Positions 16,176-23,653 of a stretch of 39,878 nt of DNA are shown one piece after another. Source of the stretch: a virus. Taxonomy: Duplodnaviria > Caudoviricetes. The notes under the pieces were generated by a model. It did no database searches. It had not been told where the DNA came from and was given only the letters and a program-made list of their open reading frames with translations. Numbering within the stretch: position 1 is the first letter of the stretch; every line of letters starts with the position of its first letter. A program made the translations under genes and the position numbers. Location: positions 1 to 39,878 of the IMG/VR virus record IMGVR_UViG_3300006046_000013; one strand, given 5' to 3'.

Positions 16176-16841
16176 GTTAGGGGATAGGGTCGCCCGTTTC
16201 CGTATCGCTGCTCGTTTGGAGAACACAAGCAACACCGAATGAGCACTACGCACCCCGTTGAATGTTGCCGTCTTGGCTGGACCTGAGGGGCGAACGTGGA
16301 TCAGTTCGTCTTCGAGCCGTAGTCCATGTTCCCGAGCGGCGGCGATCACCACGGACGGCATGTGCACAAAGTCGCGCTTACCGTTCTGGAACGGTTGACA
16401 CTTGAGAAGGACGATTCCACCGCGTCGCGTGACTCGGGCCGACTCACTTACGCCGCCTTCGACAAGGTCGACCAGATCATGTCGATTACCTGGCGCTCCG
16501 CCGCTGTAGCGGGTGCGAAATCGCTCGTTCACGCCGTTATCAAGCGTCCGACGTCCGCACACGTAGGGCGGGTCGAATGCCACGACGTCGACCGATGCCG
16601 ACGATTCGGGTAGCGAACGGAAGTCGACACCATCGAGCGCTATGTCGTGGGTTATCAACCGTGCAGGGCGGACATGCGTCCACCAGAGCCCGCGGCCGTA
16701 GGTAGGGTCGAGCACAATGTCGGCGTCGAGTCGCAGGTAGCCGATCGAAGCAACGGCCGCTAGCAGTTCACCGTTCGAGCGCCAGCGATGAGCGCTTCGG
16801 ACACCGTCGAAGGGTGCCCCACAATCGGCGGTCGGGGTCAT
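16158..16841 (-). CDS. amino-type (probably N6-adenine) DNA methyltransferase
   Basis: VLDPTYGRGLWW (motif I), DFRSLP, DVVAFDPPY (motif IV), RVTRRGG...KCQ. Confidence 0.85.
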   Translation of the reverse strand: MTPTADCGAPFDGVRSAHRWRSNGELLAAVASIGYLRLDADIVLDPTYGRGLWWTHVRPARLITHDIALDGVDFRSLPESSASVDVVAFDPPYVCGRRTLDNGVNERFRTRYSGGAPGNRHDLVDLVEGGVSESARVTRRGGIVLLKCQPFQNGKRDFVHMPSVVIAAAREHGLRLEDELIHVRPSGPAKTATFNGVRSAHSVLLVFSKRAAIRKRATLSPNDGSRS

Positions 16842-16855
16842 GACCGCGAACCGTC
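16836..16855. repeat. direct repeat, right of the methyltransferase
   Basis: GGTCATGACCGCGAACCGTC. Confidence 0.85.
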
Positions 16856-17062
16856 ATGCGCCGAGACCTGCCGGCGCCGGCGGTACATCTCGGCTTGGTG
16901 GTCGGCCCAGGCCTTGGCGCACTTGGGGCACAAGACCTCGCCGGCGCGTTGGTGACGCCGAGCGGCGGCGACGGTGCCGTGCGGCTTGAGCTTGCGCGGC
17001 GGCGCTCCGCGCTGGGCGTCGCGGTACTGAGCGAACCTCGAGCGCTTGGTGGCGGCGGTCAT
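16838..17062 (-). CDS. small basic Zn-binding protein
   Basis: HGT.....RH...GE..CxxC..A motif; ATGA coupling. Confidence 0.7.
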   Translation of the reverse strand: MTAATKRSRFAQYRDAQRGAPPRKLKPHGTVAAARRHQRAGEVLCPKCAKAWADHQAEMYRRRRQVSAHDGSRS

Positions 17063-17238
17063 GGCATGTGCTCCTCTACTTGGTAGCGGCCGGCGGCGAT
17101 GTCGGCGAGCCGGAGGCCGGTGACTTGGCCGATGCGCCATGAAACGGCGACGTCGAAGCTCTCGAGGTCAACCGAGACGATGGTGCCGCGCCGGCCCTTG
17201 AGGGCGGTGTCGATGATGGTGGCGCCCTCGAGCGTCAT
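17059..17238 (-). CDS. hypothetical protein
   Basis: MTLEGATIIDT...; ATGA coupling at both ends. Confidence 0.65.
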   Translation of the reverse strand: MTLEGATIIDTALKGRRGTIVSVDLESFDVAVSWRIGQVTGLRLADIAAGRYQVEEHMP

Positions 17239-17498
17239 CGGGCGATCACTCGCACTCGGACCTTGAGGCCGATGGACGTTTCCGACCAGCCACCGCGGTC
17301 GAGGTCGGCGATGAGCCAGCGGCGGGCGCCGTGGGCGGCCCGACCGACTTGGTGGTCGAGGCCGGCGGCCGGGCAACCAAGCTCGTCGACGAGAATCATG
17401 CCCTCGAGGAGCTCGGAGCCGAGGAGCTCAACGGTCGCCGGCGTGGCGAGCGTGTCGATGCCGGAGAAGTCCTCGGTTCGGAGTGCGGTGTTGCTCAT
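17235..17498 (-). CDS. hypothetical protein headed by module copy 1
   Basis: MSNTALRTEDF...; ATG lies 6 nt after the second box, no Shine-Dalgarno. Confidence 0.75.
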   Translation of the reverse strand: MSNTALRTEDFSGIDTLATPATVELLGSELLEGMILVDELGCPAAGLDHQVGRAAHGARRWLIADLDRGGWSETSIGLKVRVRVIAR

Positions 17499-17549
17499 GT
17501 CTCTATTAAACACCATCTCGCACCAGGTGTCAACACCTAAGCGCACATT
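17496..17549 (-). promoter_or_regulatory. repeated promoter-like module, copy 1
   Basis: AATGTGCGCTTAGGTG-TTGACA-N17-TTTAAT-AGAGAC-ATG. Confidence 0.85.
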
Positions 17550-17554
17550 ACGCG

Positions 17555-17582
17555 AAAAAGCCCCCGGTCGAGGCCGGGGGCT
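17555..17582 (-). terminator. intrinsic terminator
   Basis: AGCCCCCGG-N6-CCGGGGGCT followed by a T run on the minus strand. Confidence 0.8.
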
Positions 17583-17598
17583 CGAGCTCGAGGGCGCC

Positions 17599-17793
17599 CT
17601 AGACGGGCGCGCCCTCGACGGTGGTGCACGTGGAGTGGAGCACGTACCGCCCCATGCGGATGGTCATGCCATCCACGCCGGTCACGCGGCGGAAGGCCCC
17701 GCGGTGCCAGATGTAGTCGCCCTCGACGAGGGCGAAGATGGACCGGCTCGCGCCGGCGGCGGTGGTGGTGAGGGTGGAGGCGGTGTTGCTCAT
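17599..17793 (-). CDS. hypothetical protein headed by module copy 2
   Basis: MSNTASTLTTT...; apparent leaderless start. Confidence 0.7.
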   Translation of the reverse strand: MSNTASTLTTTAAGASRSIFALVEGDYIWHRGAFRRVTGVDGMTIRMGRYVLHSTCTTVEGAPV

Positions 17794-17859
17794 GTCTTTA
17801 GTCAACACCATCTCGCACACGATGTCAACACCTAGGCGCACATTGGGCCGAACGGCCTA
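17791..17859 (-). promoter_or_regulatory. repeated promoter-like module, copy 2
   Basis: TAGGCCGTTCGGCCCAATGTGCGCCTAGGTG-TTGACA-N17-TTGACT-AAAGAC-ATG. Confidence 0.85.
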
Positions 17860-17867
17860 CGCGCAGG

Positions 17868-18182
17868 TCAGCCGAACAGATTGATTTGAGCGGCGAACTG
17901 TTGCGCCGCGGTCACATGATCGCCGTCGATCTCGAAGACCTTGGCGATGCCGGGGCCGGTGACCGTCAACGTGGCAGTCTGGTTCTTTTTCGGTGCGATA
18001 ACGGCGAACGGTCCGACTAGCGCCCAGCGGGTGACCGTCTGGCGTTTGTGGAGCGACCCGGCGCCGACCTCGGCCGAGTAGCCCACGAGCGGCACTTTCC
18101 GACCGCTCACACCGGTGATGGTCCGGTGCTTGAGGTCGAGCACGAGGAGGGCGCCCTTGGCCTTGAGCGTCAGCTTGCTCAT
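17868..18182 (-). CDS. hypothetical protein
   Basis: MSKLTLKAKG...TVTRWALVGPFAVIAPKK...FAAQIN; ATGA coupling to the 32-aa ORF. Confidence 0.7.
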   Translation of the reverse strand: MSKLTLKAKGALLVLDLKHRTITGVSGRKVPLVGYSAEVGAGSLHKRQTVTRWALVGPFAVIAPKKNQTATLTVTGPGIAKVFEIDGDHVTAAQQFAAQINLFG

Positions 18183-18277
18183 GAGATGCCGGCCTTGCGC
18201 GCGAGCAGGAAGGCGATGGAGGCGATGGCCGCGCGGAGTTGGCGAACGTTCCCCGCGGCGTCTTGGTAAGTGGTCAT
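18179..18277 (-). CDS. 32-aa peptide headed by module copy 3 (not in ORF track)
   Basis: MTTYQDAAGNVRQLRAAIASIAFLLARKAGIS. Confidence 0.6.
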   Translation of the reverse strand: MTTYQDAAGNVRQLRAAIASIAFLLARKAGIS

Positions 18278-18346
18278 GGCCGTCATTCAACACCCCATCA
18301 CGCATCAAATGTAAACACCTTCTCGCACAAAGGGCCGTTCGGCCCA
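18275..18346 (-). promoter_or_regulatory. repeated promoter-like module, copy 3 (degenerate)
   Basis: GGGCCGAACGGCCCTTTGTGCGAGAAGGTG-TTTACA-N19-TTGAAT-GACGGCC-ATG. Confidence 0.75.
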
Positions 18347-18409
18347 TCCTCGAGGAATGTGCGGTTTGGTGTTGACAAGGTGTGCGGCGTGGTGTTGAAT
18401 GAGGGCATG
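18332..18409 (+). promoter_or_regulatory. repeated promoter-like module, copy 4 (back-to-back with copy 3, shared hairpin)
   Basis: AATGTGCGGTTTGGTG-TTGACA(18372)-N17-TTGAAT(18395)-GAGGGC-ATG. Confidence 0.85.
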
Positions 18410-18667
18410 ACAACGAACCCCAACCCCAACCGGCCCACGAGCCGCTACTACCGCACCACTCGGGCCCGGTCGACGGGCGTGGACGTCACCACGGCCCACG
18501 GCCTCGAGCTCGGCCTCGACGTCGAGACCGAGGGCCCTTGGTACAACGTGTGCGACACGCACGGCTTTATCTGCTCGCACACATCGCTTGCCCTCGCCCG
18601 AGCGTTCGCGTCGGCGCCCGAGGAATGGTGCGCCGTGTGCCGCGGTGACGAGCCGGCGGCCTACTAG
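18407..18667 (+). CDS. Cys/His hypothetical protein headed by module copy 4
   Basis: MTTNPNP...WYNVCDTHG...PEEWCAVC. Confidence 0.75.
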   Translation: MTTNPNPNRPTSRYYRTTRARSTGVDVTTAHGLELGLDVETEGPWYNVCDTHGFICSHTSLALARAFASAPEEWCAVCRGDEPAAY

Positions 18668-18733
18668 GCCGTGTGGCCCATTGTGCGATTTGGTGTTGAC
18701 ATGACGTGCGGCATGGTGTTTACTGACGTTGTG
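18665..18733 (+). promoter_or_regulatory. repeated promoter-like module, copy 5
   Basis: TAGGCCGTGTGGCCCATTGTGCGATTTGGTG-TTGACA(18696)-N17-TTTACT(18719)-GACGTT-GTG. Confidence 0.85.
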
Positions 18734-19015
18734 CCCACCACCACCAACACCGAGGCCGGCATCGCCGGCGGAAAGGGGGCCATCATGGCTTCCACCATCA
18801 CCTTCCTCGTCGAGTGCCCCTGCGGGTGCGGCACGGCCGTCACGGCGCAGGACACCGGCTTCTCGGCCACCACGGTCGAGATCGAGGCTTGCCCGATGTG
18901 GGCGGCCAACGGCATCGTCACCTCAACGATGCGCAAGTCGTGGGCCTACTCCCACGCCATGCCGGTCTCGGCCGGTTGGGCCCATCGCGACGGCCTCGTC
19001 ACCTTGACGGGGTGA
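18731..19015 (+). CDS. Cys-rich hypothetical protein headed by module copy 5
   Basis: In-frame GTG 6 nt after the second box; alternative ATG (MASTIT) with AAGGGG RBS; CPCGCG motif. Confidence 0.65.
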   Translation: MPTTTNTEAGIAGGKGAIMASTITFLVECPCGCGTAVTAQDTGFSATTVEIEACPMWAANGIVTSTMRKSWAYSHAMPVSAGWAHRDGLVTLTG

Positions 19016-19123
19016 CGAGCTAGCTTGGCGGTGCCGCCACGCCGTAACGGCGAGATTCCGAGGTTGGCGGACGGAGACATGGGAGGCCTCGCCTACGGGC
19101 GGGGCCTCTTGCGCGTCCTACGG

Positions 19124-19351
19124 TCATTCGGGATCGTCCAAGAACACAATGCGGGTCTTGCCGTTGTGACCGTGGACATGGTCGATCGAATCCATGCCCC
19201 GCTCGTAGTGAACGACCGACGACGGCCATTGGCTGACCCAATGAAGCACGGCCACGTCATCGGTGAACAGCACGCCCTCGGCCACCACACCAGTGCCCGA
19301 CACACCCGTCACATCCTCATCTCGGTGCAACTCGAAGCGACGGGCGGTCAT
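19124..19351 (-). CDS. actinophage-type hypothetical protein
   Basis: RRFELHRDEDVTGVSGTGVVAEGV.F.D......W...HGHNG.T. Confidence 0.8.
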   Translation of the reverse strand: MTARRFELHRDEDVTGVSGTGVVAEGVLFTDDVAVLHWVSQWPSSVVHYERGMDSIDHVHGHNGKTRIVFLDDPE

Positions 19352-19354
19352 CGG

Positions 19355-19500
19355 CGCTCGAGGTTAGGTGAGCTCGAGGGCGCGGCGGAGGGGCATGCGG
19401 TGCCCTCGAGCTCCCGCCCAGCCTGCCAGGCCGCCGGCCGTCGAGCCGAGGCAAGGGGCTGAAGCCCTCCGGTTGCCTCGGCCCGACGTCGGAGCCCGCG
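19355..19500 (-). ncRNA. candidate structured RNA or leader
   Basis: 16-bp stem 19439-19454/19473-19488 capped by GGGC-TTCA-GCCC; 12-bp perfect stem 19370-19381/19402-19413; TACTGT -10-like hexamer at 19505-19510. Confidence 0.45.
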
Positions 19501-19517
19501 TGTCACAGTAGGCGGCT

Positions 19518-19745
19518 CTACTCCCCGAGCTCGCGGTCGGCCTCCTCGCGCTCGATGCGCCATCGGTAGTGACGTCGGAAGGAGTTGACACCGCCGAGCA
19601 CGGCGACGCACAGGGCGATGGCGAGGGTGAAGGTCTCGGGGTCATGGAGGTCGCGGTCGGTAAAGACCGCAGTGATGGTGAGGCCGGCGATGGCGGCGAG
19701 CACGATGACGGTGAGGCACACGAGGGCCACCGCGCGGGCATCCAT
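19518..19745 (-). CDS. two-TM membrane protein (holin candidate)
   Basis: Two hydrophobic segments and a charged C-terminus; lysis cassette position. Confidence 0.65.
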   Translation of the reverse strand: MDARAVALVCLTVIVLAAIAGLTITAVFTDRDLHDPETFTLAIALCVAVLGGVNSFRRHYRWRIEREEADRELGE

Positions 19746-19749
19746 GCGC

Positions 19750-19935
19750 TCAGAGGAGGAGCAGGCCGACGGCGATGCCGCACACGGCGAGGGCGACGAG
19801 CACGGGCTCGGTGACGATGACGGCTTTGGCCCGCCATGTCGGGAAGATGACGGCGAGGAAGGCGACGATGCCGGCGATGAGGAAGATGATGTCGGCGGCG
19901 TCGGTATCGCCCGAGGCGATATCGGCGAACATCAC
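19750..19935 (-). CDS. two-TM membrane protein
   Basis: IIFLIAGIVAFLAVIF and VLVALAVCGIAVGLLLL. Confidence 0.65.
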   Translation of the reverse strand: MMFADIASGDTDAADIIFLIAGIVAFLAVIFPTWRAKAVIVTEPVLVALAVCGIAVGLLLL

Positions 19936-20018
19936 GAGCTCTCGCTCTCGTCGGGCTCGGGCTCCTCGTCAGGCTTCTCGTCGGGCTCGAGCTCGTCGGG
20001 TTGTTCGATCGTTGCCAT
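19932..20018 (-). CDS. 28-aa acidic peptide
   Basis: GAGGAGG RBS; MATIEQPDELEPDEKPDEEPEPDESESS. Confidence 0.45.
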   Translation of the reverse strand: MATIEQPDELEPDEKPDEEPEPDESESS

Positions 20019-20059
20019 GGTGGGCCTCCTCGTTGATGGGTGATGCGGTGAACGGTGGA

Positions 20060-20311
20060 CTACGGGTTCTCGTAGCCGGCGGCTTTGGCCTCGGCGGCTT
20101 TTTGGGCGGCGTGATTGCCGATGGACAGGGCGACCACCGAAAGCAACAGGGTCACGAGCGTTGTGACTCGCACGTAGGCCTCGAAAGTCATGACGAAGTA
20201 GCCGACGACGAACGGCGGGATGAACACCAGGCACCACAGGTACTTGAGGACGCGATTGCGGCGTGCCTCGGCGTGGGCCTCGAGCGCGAGCCGGTCGGAC
20301 TCAGACGTCAC
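20060..20311 (-). CDS. two-TM membrane protein (holin candidate)
   Basis: YLWCLVFIPPFVVGYFVM and VTTLVTLLLSVVALSIG; directly follows the endolysin. Confidence 0.6.
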   Translation of the reverse strand: MTSESDRLALEAHAEARRNRVLKYLWCLVFIPPFVVGYFVMTFEAYVRVTTLVTLLLSVVALSIGNHAAQKAAEAKAAGYENP

Positions 20312-21275
20312 CAGGGTCGGTTCCGGCAACGGCCCCGTAGCCGTCGAGGGCGCCGACGGGTTGGACCCACGACGGGTTGCGGATGATGTCGCCCAGGACC
20401 GAGGAGAAGACGGCGCCGTCGCCGGTGTTCTCGTAGACGGCCGATTGGACGCCGAGCTCGGTGGGAAGGTGGTAGCGCCACGGCCCGGCCCACTGCCAAA
20501 CGGCGTTGAAGCGGAAGTAGCCGGGCGAGCCGGCGGGTTGGGTCTCGTCGACATGGATGATGCACTTGGCCATGTCCTCGTCTCCTTCTAGGTCGGGGCC
20601 CGGGGGTGCCGGCGTCGGTGTCGTACCTCGGTGTTCGTTGACGAAACCGCGCCAGGTGTCGAGATTCCATGTGCTCGAGCCGACGAGCTCGGGTTGTCGT
20701 TGCCATGGGCCGGCGGGGTCGATTTTGGAGTTACAGCCACCGTTAGGCGGCCCGGTGGTGGCGTGGAGGTAGACGTCATCGTCGACGTTCCAGCCGTAGA
20801 AAGCGCACAGGGCGGCCACAACCGAGGCGTAGCTGTTGGTCATGGCGTCGGACCAGTACTCGCCCACTCCCGAGTTGCCGGCCTCGATGCCGAGCAAAAG
20901 AGCGTTCATGTCGGCGCATCCACTCATGTCGATGCCGGGGCGCCGGCCCTTGCCGCCATGGTTACAACGGCCGGCAGCGATGAGGTAGACGGTGCCGGCC
21001 CGGCCGAGGTACAGCGAACTGATGGGCCCGGGAGCCTCGGCGTTGCCGGCGAGGATGCAACCGATGTCGGTGGCGTCGCTACAGCCCTCGGGAGAGGCGG
21101 TGTGATGGCACAGGATGCCCTCGGGGTCGAAGCCTCCGGTGGATGTCGGCCGGCCTCGAGTACGCCAGTCTGCGGCCCCGGTGGGGTCTGCTGAGGAGTG
21201 ACCGACAGGGGTGTAGGTGATGCCGGCGGTCTCGAGGGCTAGGTCGAGGTCGTCGAGCCAGCGGTAGTAGGTCAT
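20301..21275 (-). CDS. endolysin, N-acetylmuramoyl-L-alanine amidase (Amidase_2)
   Basis: WRTRGR...GILCHHTAS...IAAGRCNHGG.G...LGIEA.N...H...KIDP Zn-amidase motifs; ATG at 21275. Confidence 0.9.
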   Translation of the reverse strand: MTYYRWLDDLDLALETAGITYTPVGHSSADPTGAADWRTRGRPTSTGGFDPEGILCHHTASPEGCSDATDIGCILAGNAEAPGPISSLYLGRAGTVYLIAAGRCNHGGKGRRPGIDMSGCADMNALLLGIEAGNSGVGEYWSDAMTNSYASVVAALCAFYGWNVDDDVYLHATTGPPNGGCNSKIDPAGPWQRQPELVGSSTWNLDTWRGFVNEHRGTTPTPAPPGPDLEGDEDMAKCIIHVDETQPAGSPGYFRFNAVWQWAGPWRYHLPTELGVQSAVYENTGDGAVFSSVLGDIIRNPSWVQPVGALDGYGAVAGTDPGDV

Positions 21276-21502
21276 GGTGCGGCCTCGAGGATGCGGCGCA
21301 CGACGGGGTGGTCGGCAAGGTTCCAGTCGGGATCGTTGGCGAGCTCGTTGGCCACGGCGACGGCGCGGGGGCCCGGCGTGCCCCGCACGCGCGCCAAGTA
21401 GCGCAAGAGCATGAGCACGAGCTTGATGCGCTCGAGCGGTACGCGGGCGTAGATGCGGTGGATGCCGCCATCGTCGGATGTGGTCTCGTCGAGGGTGCTC
21501 AT
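21272..21502 (-). CDS. hypothetical protein
   Basis: AGGAGG RBS; ATGA coupling to the endolysin. Confidence 0.65.
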   Translation of the reverse strand: MSTLDETTSDDGGIHRIYARVPLERIKLVLMLLRYLARVRGTPGPRAVAVANELANDPDWNLADHPVVRRILEAAP

Positions 21503-21514
21503 GGCGTGGACCTC

Positions 21515-22957
21515 CTAGGCCGGCGGCGTGGTGGTGACGGTGACGGTCGAGGGCACGTCGAGCTCGGGCCCTCCTTGGTTCCAATGGACGGCACCGACGA
21601 GCTCGACGTAGTCGGCGGTGACGACGGCCGGCGCAATGACGTAGTAGTCCTGCCAACGGCCCACGTCGTCGATGTCGATGAGGCGCACGATCCAGCCGAC
21701 GTCGAGGGTGGCAAGCTCGACGGTGCGGTCGACGGCGTTGGCGTCGACGAGCGAGAGCCACAGGGTGCCGACGTCGGTTTGGGTGCGCTCGAAGCACACG
21801 ATGCCCGGCCCGGTGGGTGGGGTGGTATTGGCGGTGAGGTTGTACTCGAGCTCGGTGGGCGGCGATGGAGCCTCGCGGGTGTAGTTGGCGTGGTTGGTCA
21901 TGGCCGCGCTCGAGCTCTCGACCCACACGGCGAGCATGCCCGGCGGGCCGACAGGCATGCCGAAGCGGAGGTAGTCGCCGGTGGGGTTGATCTCCGACGG
22001 TTGCACGTACTGGTCGCCGGCCCACACGCGATCAGATTGGGCGAAGCCTTGGCCGGCGACGGTGACGGTGATGAGTTGGTCGCCCGGCCCCGAGTCGGGT
22101 TGGACCCAGTCGAGCTCGTAGACGGGGTCGAGCGCTTGGACGGTGAGGTCGAGGGTGTTGGAGACCTGGCCGTCGGGGTTGGTGACTTGGACGGGGAAGG
22201 CGCCCGGAACTTCTCGGCCGAGGATGGGGGCTCGAAGACTGGTGGGGCCGTCGAAGATGGTGGAGTGCGGTTCGCCGTTGACGGTGAGGATGACCTCGGG
22301 GTCGAAGTGCTCGCCGGTGACGACGACCTCGCCTCCGATGGTGCCGTCGGGGATGTTCGAAGGTGCCAGTAGGAGCAGGCTGGGCGCCGGCGTGAGCGGC
22401 GTGCCCGAGACGGTGGGGACGGTGGCCCATTGGCCCTCGAGGACACGCACGCTCGAACCGTCGTCAAGGGTGAGAGTCATGTCCCATTGGCCCACGGTGT
22501 CAGGCAGGGCCCACGTCACGGCGACGGGGAGCTCGAGAGCCACCGAGCCGTCCTCGAGGGTGCTCGAGGGAATCTCGACGACGAGCGGGCCTCCGGTGGT
22601 GGTGCCGTCGGCGTCGATGACGAGCGGGTAGTCGTACTCGTAGGCGGCCAGCACCGACGCCACCGAGGCGGGCTCGGCAAGTTGGAAGACGTCGGCGACT
22701 TTGACGGTGACGGCGAGCTCCCACCATTGCCCGGTGCCGAAGCGCACCTCGACCATCGCGCCCGACGGCGTGGGTGTCACCGAGTGCACCACGTCGATGG
22801 TCTCGCCCGTCACCACGTGATCGCCCGGGACGAGCGCGTCCGCCCGGCGCGTGGTCGGAGAGGGCGTCCAGAGGGCGTAGGACAGCCGCCACGTCGTGCC
22901 CCGCTCGATGATGGCGTCGAGGTGGGCGGCTCGGACAGGGAAGACGGTGACATCCAA
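21515..22957 (-). CDS. virion/tail-associated protein with IPT/TIG (Ig-like) domains
   Basis: V.VTGEHF...VQVTNPDGQVSN and PDSGP.....TVAGQGF Ig-like segments. Confidence 0.7.
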   Translation of the reverse strand: MDVTVFPVRAAHLDAIIERGTTWRLSYALWTPSPTTRRADALVPGDHVVTGETIDVVHSVTPTPSGAMVEVRFGTGQWWELAVTVKVADVFQLAEPASVASVLAAYEYDYPLVIDADGTTTGGPLVVEIPSSTLEDGSVALELPVAVTWALPDTVGQWDMTLTLDDGSSVRVLEGQWATVPTVSGTPLTPAPSLLLLAPSNIPDGTIGGEVVVTGEHFDPEVILTVNGEPHSTIFDGPTSLRAPILGREVPGAFPVQVTNPDGQVSNTLDLTVQALDPVYELDWVQPDSGPGDQLITVTVAGQGFAQSDRVWAGDQYVQPSEINPTGDYLRFGMPVGPPGMLAVWVESSSAAMTNHANYTREAPSPPTELEYNLTANTTPPTGPGIVCFERTQTDVGTLWLSLVDANAVDRTVELATLDVGWIVRLIDIDDVGRWQDYYVIAPAVVTADYVELVGAVHWNQGGPELDVPSTVTVTTTPPA

Positions 22958-22969
22958 GGGTGGCTCCTT

Positions 22970-23653
22970 TCAGGCGAAGGCGGCGGTGGCGTAGAAGCCG
23001 CTCATGTAGAGGTCGAACTCGCCCGAGATGGCGAGGTGGCGTCGGGCCATGAGACCTTCAGTGCCGGGCATGCCGATGGCGAGGGCCGGTGGCGCGCCCG
23101 AGCCACCGCCGATGTGCTCGTCGTGCAGCCCGAGACCACCGATGGAGCCGGCGGTCGGGTCGACCACGTAGCCGACACCGAAGCCACCTTGGCTGGTCGG
23201 CACGAGCGGCGGCTCGATATACAGCACGTCGTCGGGGTCGCTGGTGCCCAGCAGCACCCGTAGCGAGGTGTAGAAGCGGCACGAGCCGTACTCGTGGCGG
23301 AAGCCGCAACCACGGTTGGCGGTGAGGGCGTAGACGGCGGCGCCCATGTGCACGACGGGCACCCACGGTTGGAACGGCTCTTGGAGGATTGCCCACTCGC
23401 CATGCCATAGGGCCAACGTCATCTCGCTGTTGGCCCAGGCGAGCATGCCCTCGACTTGGGCGCTGACGTCGCCGTCACGATCGGCAATGGTGGCGTAGAC
23501 GCGATAGCTGGCGGCGGTGCGAATCGAGTCGACGAGATTGCCGAGGTCGTTGAGGGCGGTGACGATCTCGTTGTGATCGCCGGGATGGCTGCCGAGCAGC
23601 GGCGTGGAGTTGGTGCGTCCCGGCGGCGGCAGGATGTCGTGGAGGTCGGTCAT
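22970..23653 (-). CDS. minor tail protein
   Basis: Tail-module position; HP.DHN...ALN and YATIADRD...EGMLAW patterns. Confidence 0.65.
   Translation of the reverse strand: MTDLHDILPPPGRTNSTPLLGSHPGDHNEIVTALNDLGNLVDSIRTAASYRVYATIADRDGDVSAQVEGMLAWANSEMTLALWHGEWAILQEPFQPWVPVVHMGAAVYALTANRGCGFRHEYGSCRFYTSLRVLLGTSDPDDVLYIEPPLVPTSQGGFGVGYVVDPTAGSIGGLGLHDEHIGGGSGAPPALAIGMPGTEGLMARRHLAISGEFDLYMSGFYATAAFA

Noticed and set aside
17496-18733. CRISPR, TIGR-like or integron attC array
   Set aside because: Repeats are separated by whole genes, occur in both orientations and lack constant spacers; no Cas or Nop-domain gene is seen; GTTRRRY matches only some copies and there is no attC-like dyad
19445-19480. 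SAM-I riboswitch (GGCAACC)
   Set aside because: The other conserved SAM-I elements are not visible and the motif lies within a simple long stem
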